Origin: Amoebophrya sp. A120
Taxonomy: Eukaryota > Protista > Dinoflagellata
Length of the DNA stretch: 64,000 nucleotides
Reading direction: 5' to 3'
NCBI GenBank assembly: GCA_905178155.1
Contig: CAJINV010000012.1
Coordinates: forward strand, 429,271 to 493,270
Position numbers and translations under genes: made by a program. Shown one piece after another: positions 45,185 to 56,500 of the stretch. The notes beneath the pieces were generated by a model, which worked only from the letters and a program-made list of their open reading frames with translations, did no database searches and was not told the origin of the DNA. Numbering within the stretch: position 1 is the first letter of the stretch; each line of letters starts with the position of its first letter.

Positions 45185-45666
45185 TTTCCGGTCGCGGTCC
45201 GGCTGGGGTTTTTTTTGCGGAATGTGAAAATGTAAGCCAACCCGAAAGTGTTGAAGCACTTTACAATGTATTAACAGACGAGTTTTGCAGAAAATCGCCC
45301 GAAAGATTGATTCGCGAGGGAAGATCGAAATGCTCTATACAAATATCGGACACACTACGAGGACCACAACTTCGTAAAAGACTACAAGAAGAAGTCAAGG
45401 CCTGTTGAAAGAAAGTGGAGATAAAGTTGATCATAAGTAGTTCCCTCGCGGCGTCAAGACTAACTGTGCAGATCGCAGAGCAAGTTATTGCAGGTGTTCA
45501 AGAGCGAAGATTGATTTTGATACTCTAAAAGTACCACGGTCTACCAAAATTTACACTAACACCCTGAATGCATCTTTTTCTATCGAGCTTCATTCTTCCT
45601 TATGTCTGGAGTGATAGATCTTCCACTAGCGAGTGTCTTCCAATTTCAGGGTGTAGCTTACATTCC

Positions 45667-48600
45667 TTATTTTTCGACAAAGAAAAGCTCGTCGGTATCG
45701 TCAGTAAAGTGGGCACCCCGGAGGTCCACTGCTTTAGCTTTTGCTGGTGGTGGTGGTTGAATTATCGGTGTAGAGCTTTTTGCTTCATCCAGGTCGTGAC
45801 CCTGCAAAGTACTAGACTCCTCTAGCTGCTCCCTCCCGGACCCACATGCTTTTCCACCCGCTTCGCTCTGCTCCGATGCTGGCGAGAGCGAGGACGACTC
45901 GACAACCGAAGGATCATCTACTTTCGACGTACTATCCCAACCGCTACCGCTCCACTCTGCTTTTCGCAAATAAACCATTTCGTACTGCAAACTTTCTTCC
46001 CACTCATCCGCATGCAGCTGCAATATTTTGTGCCAGGCGGAGGGAGTAATTTCTTCGTCCTGACTCGGCACCATTCGGCTCAACCTCCGGCAGGCGGGCA
46101 GGAGGCTGTGCAAGATTTGCAGCGCGTTCTGTTCCTGCTGTTTTAGTTCCGCGGCGGAGTAATCATAGCTTGTGGGAGAAGTTTTCATCATCTGGTTCTC
46201 GTAATAGGTGTCATAACTGAAACTGCTGGTCGTGTTTTTATCGCTAAGAAATCCCCGTGAATTCAGCCATCCCCGGCGAACACTGCCCAGTACTTTCCTC
46301 AAGGATGGGTTCTCGTGAAGGAATTCCACGAGACCGAGAATCTTGTTGCTCATCCTGTCGCAAGACGAGTTCGTCTTCGGGTCTGTGGCTCCTTCGTCGC
46401 CAGCAGCAGGTGCAGGCGCACGCCCCGGACTCATCAGATCGGAGCTCATCACAAACAGCCGCTGCCGCTGCGTGTGCTCCTCTTTGTGCTTGAAGCAAGC
46501 CGTGCTGATCTCGTGCCGCAGGAAAAGGAGCAGTGCGAAGGTTTGGTCCGTGATATCAAATGCAAAAATGTCTGGGTCTGGAAAGTTGTGATGCAGGTCA
46601 CTGAATAATAAGGACACTGTAATGCGCCGCCAAGCATGACAAGTTTCTCCACGCTTCTGTGTTGCGTATTCCGCATGAGAAACTGCGCGTTTGCATGACA
46701 GGCTAGAGGAGCTCGTCTTGGTTGCCACGCAATACAGGTCCCAGAGTCATGCCAGACTAGCATCACAAATCTCGCAATCTCCCAGTCCCAGACCCAGACA
46801 TTTTTACAATCCATACGTGAGCCTTTTCTGCAAGTTGTTCGCTCGGAGAAATTGCTTCAATAGTTTCTGTATGCATTGCAAACGTATCTCATTCGTAGTA
46901 ACTGCAGGCATGCTCCTACTATTTTGTTTATCTAAATTAGCATTACAAATTCCACTTTTCTACTTCTTGGGAAAATTTGTCATGCGATTTCCACTAGTAC
47001 GATACTTTTGCAATGCATATTCTGCAGCCTCGTGTCTTCGATGTCTTCCGCTTTCCGCTCAATGTACTCCTCTATGACAGTGCACAACTCCCCCTCTCCC
47101 TCATTTGCATAGCATTAACGGCAATACAATCATCAGCAAGATTGCCAGTCTTGCATGACAAATTTGCACTGGATTGTAGTGCTATTTGGGCTACCAGAAT
47201 TTTTCATGCAAACAGTGCCAAGAGGCAAAGGGTGGATTGAGTATTTTGCATGACAGATGAGGGGGAAGGGGAGTTGTGCAATGTCATATCTTCAATCTCC
47301 AAGTCGGTCCAATCCTCCAGGTAATCCTCGGGCACGTGCACCAGGGATTTCTTATCCGGAAGCAGAGTGCACGCTGCTTGTTGAAGCTTTTCCAGATCTT
47401 GGGGTGTCAGACACCAGGACGGGGTGGCATTTTGAAGCACCATGGGGGCGGTGGTCTCGACATTATCTTGGGACGCGAAGAGATCTTCCGGATTTTGATC
47501 GGCAGAAGCTGAAGTGGCGAAGCAATGCTGTTGGCTGTGAGGCGAAGACGAATTGGCTTGCAGGTCAAGGTGGACTTCGTGGTCAATCACAAGGGAAGCA
47601 GTTCTTGCGCCGGAAAAAGGAGGAGGGGACCCTGCTGCGACTACGCCCTCAATTTTTGCAGGACCAGAAACGGCTCTTCCGCTTGTGTTACTACAAGCTG
47701 CACTGCTGGCGCTAGTACACAGAGCCAGGCTCGCGAGGGCTGAAAAGACGGATGATGCTATGTTGGCTTCCACCGAAGGGACGGCGGTGGTTTTTTCCGC
47801 GCCAAACACCCCTGATGGTTCACTTGGCCCAACTTCTCCGATTGATTGCGTTACTGGGAATGCTGGACGACCCGCCGCACCAGAAGAGGTAGAGCAAGAG
47901 CTTTCAGGAAAACAGGCAGATGAGGACACAGGGAACTGAGCCGAGTTTTCGGCTGGTGTTTGCTCGACGTTGCTGCCAACTGCGTTCTCCGCCAAACGAT
48001 GCCCTGCATTCGACGCGGCCTGCTGCTGCTGCTCCGCAAAATTCCGCAAGAACGTCTCCGAAAATTTCACGCCGAACGAATGCGCCGCACGAGTTGTTCC
48101 ACCGTTCGGGAGATCAACCAATAAAAATCGTTTGTTCTCAGACAGAACGCTTTTGATGAACTTCCGTGCCATGCTTTGCGCCCTCTTGTCCGCCCGCAAG
48201 GAATCTTCCGTAAGAGTTTCGAAGCAATTCACTTTTCTGCGTCTCGCAGATTCTTTCAGTGCATCGAAGAGTGATGCTGTAGCATTATCATCCGTACTAC
48301 AAGAACTTGTTAGCGCTATTTTCAAGTTGTCACACAGCGGCTCGTTGTGTGCGCTGACTTCAACGCAGCACTCCAGAGCGTCCTCCCCACACTCGAGCAG
48401 CTCGCGGAAAAAGAGACACGCGATCGGGTCGCTTGGTTCGAAGTTCAACGAGTCTGTATTTTCCTCGCTGGCATTACTGATGTCGCCCCCTTGTGGCCCA
48501 CGCTCGCCGGACGATACTACAGCATGACCTGCGACTCCGTCTATTTTCGCGACAACTTCCAGTGGGAGCGCAAAAGATGAAGATGATCCGCCGGCTTGTT

Positions 48601-50677
48601 TGTCCCTTTCCTCGCCGATCAAGTGCCACTGGTTGAGGCCGGAATGCGGATCTTGACCATCATGTTGCCCGCCGTCGGTCCTGCAGCTGCTCGTGCTGCT
48701 GGTGGCCACCTGCTGCACAAACTGTCCCCCACTGATCCTGTTGATACAGCTTTCCGCGGCAGTAATACTCGTCGTCCCACAGGTTGTAGAAGTACTTGCA
48801 GATGAATTTATGCCGGTTTGCATTTTATTTTCGCATTCGTTCTGCTGCGGACAAAACGAAGCGCGTGCAGTCTTGAACGAATCCAAGGAATAGTTGTGGA
48901 ATGAAGTGTGCTCATGCTCCACAAACCGCTGGAGCCCCTCGTGCTGAAAATCTGTCTGCGGTGCAGCGACTGTGACGGACACGCCTGCTGTGGTGCTCAT
49001 GTGAAACTCTTCAGCCACGACATGGTCGTTGTATCGGCTTCTTTCTTGACCTCCTAGGACCACGGGAGCAAGGGGACGACGACCCACAGCAGGTGTAGAG
49101 AACATCTCGACTGGAGTAGCAGTCGCCTCACTGGGGAAGAGCAGTGGTGGTGTGGAGTTGAAGCGAGCATGAGACTCCCTCCCGGGGTAAAACTCGGGTG
49201 CCTCAGGACTGAGCAGGGGAGTACTAGACGAAAAGGACTTCTTTTTCTCCTCGTCGGCGCTGTTTGTAGTTGCAGCACAGGGTAAAAACGCACAAGCTGC
49301 ATGCTGTTGTGGCAAAGCCGCGCTCGGAAAAGTTCTCACGGATGATGATGATGCTGTGCGCGCTGGTGTTGATGACCCACCTTCCTGGCTATTCACGACA
49401 GCGACCACTGCGACGGAACTACGGAATTCAGGATCAGGAATTAGAATTGGTCTTTGTATCAACAGATTACTAGCATTGTCCTCATCTTCATCTTCACCCT
49501 CGCTGTCGTCATCATCTTCCGAATCCGAGGAACCGCTCCCGCTGGACAAATAGCTCATCAACTCTTCCGGCGCCACCTGTGCCATTTCCCTATCCACGCC
49601 CGAAAACAACCAACCCGGCCCATGCCCCCCGTAAAAGGCAGCTGTCTCGCACAGGAAAACCCGGAAGTGGTTGCGCTGTTTCTGGTGCATTGTGGGTTTG
49701 ACCACAAACCTGCCGTCGGCTTCGAGAATGTTCATGATTTTCTGGCGTGTGCCTCTGGTGTAGGCAGGGTGGCCGCTGAGCGGCTGTGGGTTTCTGTTGC
49801 TAGCATCATCTTGCAAGAACGGCGGCGCCATGCTAAAAGCCGTTCCCGACCAACCGTTCTCCTCCTTCACTAGCAGATGCTTCATCTGCGGGAAGTCAAT
49901 CAGCAAATCTTTGCTGTGCACCCACTGCTGCGTGCTTTTTTCCGCGGCCCTTGAGCTGGAGCTGCCCCGTCGAGAAGATGTTCTTTCTATTGAGGAAGTG
50001 CGAGAAATGGCCTGGGTAAGTAGGTGCTGCTGTCGCGGAGAAGAAGAAGCGCTCAGCCCCAAAATCGTTTTTCTCGCTTCCAGTTCGTCGTGAATCAACC
50101 TGGCGATCGGGTGCTCGGAGACAGCTGCATCGTGGGTTGTGGTAGTATCTTGTGCGCCGGGAACATACTGCGGGCGGAAAAACTCCTCCTGCGCAGCGAA
50201 AGTCGTGGCCACCTCTGTATTGAATGGCGACGCGCTGCTGTCGTTGCGCAGTGGAGTTGGCACAGATTCTAACGTTCTTGCAGTACCTGAACACTGCATG
50301 TTCCCGACAACCTGCGAGAGGAAAATATCAAGATCGGGGTGATTTGTACTTTCAGGCGCTCCTGCGTGGTTGTAGTGGTCCGCGTGAAGATAGGATGCAG
50401 AATTATCGGACAGGGAGCTATGCTGTACCTCCGGCACTACTTCCGGAGGGCTAAGATTCCTAGGATGTTCTGGAACTACACCAGCCGGCGGCACAACAAC
50501 ATGCAGCGGACAGGCTCGATTTTGATGATTCCATTGCTCAATAAGGTCCAGCGCCACGTGATCCATCTCAAGGATGCTTTGTGCCTCACACGGTCCTCCG
50601 GTGGGATGGCTCTGCTTGCGGCATTTTGCAGATATAACTCCTACACCTACGTCACGCACATCTTCAGCAGACGACAT
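45667..50677 (-). CDS. Large orphan protein (1455 aa, 4 exons) with a C-terminal family-3 module
   Basis: Three introners removed give 4368 nt: EIEE|YIERKAEDIEDTRLQ|KLLKQFLRANNLQKRLT|DQTFALLLFLRHEI...LLPACRRL...EWEESL. Confidence 0.85.
46554..46815. mobile_element. Introner, family C (inverted relative to 38622)
   Basis: Family-C TIRs; exact DR CGTGA. Confidence 0.9.
46870..47019. mobile_element. Introner, family A
   Basis: TATGCATTGCAAACGTATC...GATACTTTTGCAATGCATA; exact DR TTCTG. Confidence 0.9.
47073..47288. mobile_element. Introner, family B (inverted relative to 38057)
   Basis: TATGACAGTGCACAACTCCCC...GGGGAGTTGTGCAATGTCATA; DR TCCTC/TCTTC; 216 bp like the copy at 38057. Confidence 0.9.
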
Positions 50678-51298
50678 GGTGCTTGTTCCTCAGCGACATT
50701 ATAGAAGATGAAGACATAATATAGTAGAATGTCTAATATGTCAATTAATTCAGCTATGTCAATGCTCTTGCAAATGGAACGTCTAACACTTCGACGTCAA
50801 TCTCAATAGTGATAGTACTAGTGCTGCTACACTATTACGTGGTCCTTCATATTAAGTGCATACCACTGACGTCACCACTCATCTTCAACCTATCTTCAAG
50901 AAGGATCGCTGAGAAGTGAAAACTTATACCGTGCATCTTTCAACAATAAGATGAATCCCTCTCAAATAAATGAACTGTTGAGACATGAGAAACCAGATCC
51001 AACACATTGACCTTTCGCTTTCCTCCGCAGTAAAGAACAATGGAATATCTTCTCACTCACGACCTATCTGGAACGCACTACATCCGCTTCCTGCACTTCC
51101 GAAGCGACTGTCAAGTCCTCTCCAGAACCAGAGCCCCAGGCACCGGTCTGTCGGTGGAAAAATGTTCCAAAAACGTACTCGAATCCATTTCTTTGGCAAA
51201 GATTCATTTTTTATTTTTCGACTTTATTAGGATTCTTGTTCTAGTACATTCTTCGTGTTCTTTTTTTGTTCGCCGTATTGCGGATTCGAAGCTGCCAA

Positions 51299-52424
51299 TC
51301 ACCTCCAACCACAACAGCTAAAGAACGGAAAAAAAGAGCCGTCGTCGGCGGCTTTGTTCAACCGGGCTACCGGATCTGTGTCGTCTTCTTTAACCTCCAC
51401 CTCCGGACGATCAGCAGCAAGACCGGCATCGTAAGTTGCCAAGTCCTGCATCCGCGCTTTCCAGGGCTGATATTTGTGCTCTAACTTCTGGTTGATTTGC
51501 TCCCTCTGGGTAAACGACGCCACTGCATCATGATCACCCTTCAGCATCCGCTTGCCGCAGTACTGGCCGTGTTCCGCGAAGTCGAGCTTCCCGTCGTTGT
51601 TCAAGTCCGCCTCCGCTGGACACACGGTATTCTCCTCCCCCTCCAGCACACCGCTGTGGTCCGTGTCCAGCGAGTCGAATTTGATGGTGATCAGCACGTC
51701 GCTCGTCGTGACTCTGTGCTCAGATGCGAGGTCTTCGACCATGGTGTAGTAGTGATTTTGCGCCGCGGCCGCGATGTTCCTGGCCTCTTTCAATTGCTGC
51801 AAGCGGCCCTTGCTGCTGAACAGGGTCTGCAGTTGGGGAACGGGGGAAATTTGTGAAAACGACGCGGGTTGCAGGTTCGAAGCTGCGAGAGGTGTGGTTT
51901 GGCCTGTGGTTGTGTAGCCGAGATACTTGTGGCGAATAGCGAACAATAGTATTCTGATGCGGCAGCAGCTGAAGAAAGTTTCTGCCTTCGTTATTTCCTT
52001 ATCTTCTTCCGTACCTCCTGTGTAGGTCGGGATCATTAAAATTAATAGCATACGAATACCTTTGCTCACACTGGCGGTCTTCGGAGCCATACGCTGCGGC
52101 TTCGACGTAGGCGTTGTAGAGCGGGAATCTGTGTTAGAATTGGATTGCTGGTAGTTTGATGGTTTTGGTACGAATCAATAATTTGTTCAGACAAAATTCT
52201 CCATCTCCTTCGCTCAAGCCGTTTTTATGGCTCTGCATCATTCTCCTTTTAGCTTTTGCATGAGTCCGTTGTTAAAAAAGCAATATATTACCTTTCGCCG
52301 TTCCGCCAGCCGCATTGGTTTCGGGGCTGAAAGCCTCTGCATTATGGTCCACGATCGACTGCACGACATCCGCTGCAGCCAAAGGGAGTGATAGCAAGAG
52401 GGTAAAAAGCGTAGCAGCTCGCAT
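51299..52424 (-). CDS. Secreted EF-hand protein with canonical GT-AG introns (52129-52291; probably also 51904-52059)
   Basis: Signal peptide MRAATLFTLLLSLPLAAA; intron AG|GTAATA...TTCTAACACAG| joins in frame to ORF 51299..52090; EF loops DTDHSGVLEGEE and DLNNDGKLDFAE. Confidence 0.8.
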
Positions 52425-53561
52425 GATAACTTGCTGATGAGAGGAAGAACTTCTATATCAATCTTCTACAAAAACGCGAGAACATCAATACCTAGATAAA
52501 CTTTGCCCTTGAACTTTATTCACGACAGGAGAGGAGCCGCGACGCCGTTAGAGTTGGGAGGTGAACTTAAAGGCGTCAAGGTTTGGAAAGTGTTGCGAAA
52601 CGTAATTCTTGGGGGTGGGGGATTCGGTCTGAAGAGAGAGAACGACGACTCGTCGGACACCCAGAGGACCGATACTACACGAGAATCGACCCTGGCTGGA
52701 CCAAGGCCCTGAAGATGATCACAAAATCAATAAAACACCTTCTACAACTGGGTATAATGCCAGGCACGAGCGACAGCGCAAACTTTGGTGAAATAATTGA
52801 CGACAAGAATAGTCGAGCCTTTCGAAACGGACCACCTCATGCCTTGTACACGAACAAAACTCCACTCGCTAGGCGACAATAAAGACGTTTACGCGATTCT
52901 TTCAAGCAAAATTGCACTCTTTCAAGCATCAAAACCGCTCCGATCTCGAGTGGTTGAAACGAATACCACCAAAAATCACAGCGGTGCACACCAACAGAGA
53001 CGCTTACGCACGTTGGTGGTTTTCGTTTTCGAGCTGAAAGTGTTCTCCTTTTCAATGTAGAATCACTCTCAAGAAGATGAGCTGTTGAGAGTTCTCAGGC
53101 AATAGATCACAAAGCACCAGGTCCAACACATTGACCGTCCGAAGGGGAGCACAACAAGAACAAACTGCTCGTCTCGTCAACCTAACATCTTCCTCGCCAC
53201 CAGCACCGCCTTCAGGAGGGTGCATCACAATAACTACGTGTAAGCCTCCTAGACGTGAGTTCTTGCATCTTGGCCAAATAGAACTTTATCTTTTTTACAA
53301 CGTTACGACAGGAACGCAACACACTTCTTGAAATTGTCCTCTCAACAGAAGTTGTGTCGCTTTCTAGTGCAGTAGTTCTTGGAAGTCTTTATCTTTTCGT
53401 CAATCTTTGCGATTGTTTTGTGCAATATCTTGGAAACTATGTCGTGATTGGAAGACGATGACGTTGAACTTGAAGTGTTTTCTTCTCCAGGAGGATGGAG
53501 GATTATTTTTAGCTTTGGATACAACTTATAATCTCAGATGCTACTGCATCAGAAACGTCTA

Positions 53562-56500
53562 TCAGTCCGTCTCGTCAACATCATCTCCATCCAAATCCGC
53601 CAGAAGCTGCGCGAATCGCTGCGCCTTTTCCATGTCCTGCTCGACAAAAGCGTCCGCAATCTTGATTTTGTACTTCTTCCGCTGCTTGCTTTTCCAATCC
53701 GAAAGTTGTATTGGTTCCGAAGAAGTACTAGCGCTCGGCCGTGCTACTTCTGGTTGTTGTAGTTGTTTCTGTTCAGGCAGAAGATTTTCTCCTTCGTGGT
53801 TGCAGTAGTTCTGATGGCTCATCCCATTGTAGCGGTAGCTCTGCAAATCTTGTTCATCCTCTTTCGGCGAATAATGATTTTTGCCGAACGCTAAGGTTTT
53901 ATTCGCTGTTCCAGATGCAGGAGCAGTGTTTTTGTTCCTTGAATCGCTTCTCAAAGCCGCAGTCGTGTCTTTTGTTGTTCTTGACGGCGCCCGCGGCGCC
54001 CATGTTGTGCTAGAAGGCGCCATCTGGAGGTTCCCGCGGCCACTGTCACACCAGCTGGTGTCTCCAGAGGAAAAAAACCAGCTCTGTGTTGGACCTGGTG
54101 TTGTGTAGTAGCGGTGGTCAGCAGTAGTTGTAGCTGCAGCTTCCGGCGCTCCTGCTGTGCGTGCTGTAGCTGTGCCTGCTGCGCTTCTCCATGATGTTGC
54201 ACCACAGTAGGAACTGTCAGAGGACTCGTCTCCTTGACACGGCTGCTGCACGACCCCCACCTCCTCCTGCCCCAGCGCTTCACCAAGCAGCTGTTGCAGT
54301 TCCAAGCTAGCCGCCCACTGCTCCGCGGAACCCGTAGCAGCCCACTGCTCGTCCAAGTGGAGTTCGTGGAGGAGCGTCGTCTGGATCTTTGCGACACTAC
54401 ACTGCGACTGACTAGCAACATCAGCTGAAAAACTTAAACTAAAACTGCTATCGCAATTATGCAGTGCTCTTGCGGTGGGGAGAAGGCGCAGAAAGTTTTC
54501 GTGCACTGCGGTACTCGTTGCCGCATCGTAGTATCCGTGTTTTTTCAACCACTTGCTCGCTTCGCGCCGAAGGCTGTTCGCGATAAACCAGGTGTCCCAC
54601 TGGTAAGCGTTTGCTTCGGGCCGTCGCTCCAGGCCGTCGTGTGTCAAATTCCAAGCTTGCACTTTGTTTACTAGAATTTCCTTCGCCGCAATGCTGTAGA
54701 AGTTCGAGGCTGGGCCCATCAAGTCCAGTGTCATCAGGATCATTTTCAGCTTCCAGTCAGGAACCTCGTTGATTTGCTTTCTGAGTTGCAGGGCTTGCAA
54801 AAACGTAGAGTCAATGTCGTTCACGTTCTTCGGCACTGCTGTTGCAGATATTGTACTAGCTGATGGTGTTGCAGATGTATTTGCTGATGTGGTGCTGCTC
54901 ATGTTGCTCCATGGGTGGTCACACGGGGAGCCATAATGTTGATCACCAACAACATAATTTCCCTGCGATGAAGATGGTGCAACGTCCGCCGCCAGTGCTG
55001 CGGAAAGCAGCTGCTCCAGTTCCAGACTCGAAGCCCACTGCTCAGCTGCGTTTTCCTCTTGGAGCTGCGTCCGCTGCTGTGTTGAGTTGTTGTTCCAGCT
55101 CGATTTTTCCGCCTGGTTGTTGTGCCGACCAGTAGTAAAGCTAGTACTTGAAGATGAATCGAGTCTTCGCGCAGCGGGTAGAAGATGGAGAAATTCCGCG
55201 TGTGCCGCACCTCCGTTCGACGCCGGATCAACTCCGTGTGGTATGAATTGCAAAATATCGTCCTCGTAGTATTGCAATACAAATTCGCTCAGCATGATGA
55301 GAACTTAAATTTGACATGCTGATTTATCTTGAAGAAGGTATTTGTCTTGCATGATTGCGATTACTACCGGTGCGAAGACGTTTTTGCACAGGATATGTGT
55401 TTTCATCCACTTATTCGCCTCCAGCCGGTACCGCCCGGGGACGTACCAGGCGTCTATCCTCTGCAAAAGTATCGTACTCGTAGTAATCGCAAACATGCAT
55501 TACAAATCGTGCTCTTAAGGTAAATCCGCATTACAAATTTTATTTCTCATACTGAGAAAATTTGTAACGCATGACGTCGCCTCGGTAGTGTCTTGGCCTC
55601 GGTACGCCACTACAAGTTGGCGCACCGAGGCTAGAAGAAGTTTCTTCAGGGCGCACATACGAAATGGCGCACCGAGGCCAAAAATGCAAGTTTTTCGGAA
55701 TTGCCGCCTCGGTGCACCGAGGCTGACGGCCTCGGTGCGCCAACTTGTAGTCACGAACGAAGCAGCAGACGGGCGGAACACAGGGGGGGGTGGGGGGGCC
55801 CGTCGGCTACGTCGCGAGACCACGCGCGCGTGCCTTGTTGGCGGGTAGAAAAACAAAGCCCGGACCTTGGCCCGCGTTCGAGGGCAAAGTAAAAAACGCA
55901 GCAGGCGAAGGCGCCCGCGTCACCAGGGACAGGCGTGCGAAACTAGTCTGGGGCCACCGACTTGCGCGGCGCGTCGCGCAAGCATGCGATGGGCAAAGGC
56001 GCGCGCGGGCGTACATCATGCGGGCGCGAGGAATGACAGAAGCAAGTACACAGCGAAGGCGCATAATGTTTCAAAGGCGGGCGCTTCCCAGCGAAGTTTT
56101 TGCGCGCCGCCTCGGTGCGCCAAAATGTATTGTGAAGGCGCGCCGCTACCATACGAATTTTGTAGGTGGGAAAAAAGACATACTTTGGCGGGCTCGGTGC
56201 TGCCATACGTTACAAACCGCACCGGGCTCGGTGCTGCTTTTTGGCGGGTTTTCTCGATGCAAAAAGCGCGAAAATTGTAACGCCCCACATACGATTTGGC
56301 ATACCGAGTCGTATGTGCGTACCTAGGCCACGTCATGCATTTATACGAGTACGATACTTTTGCAGTTCATAGCGTCCCACTGGTAACCGTTTCCGCTCTA
56401 CCGTGAGGAAAAATCTCCCCTCCCCATATCGAAAAGGAAATTTGTTATGCTGATTCGTGATCAAAAATCAGCTTTGTCTTGCGCACAAGGCAAACGGCAC

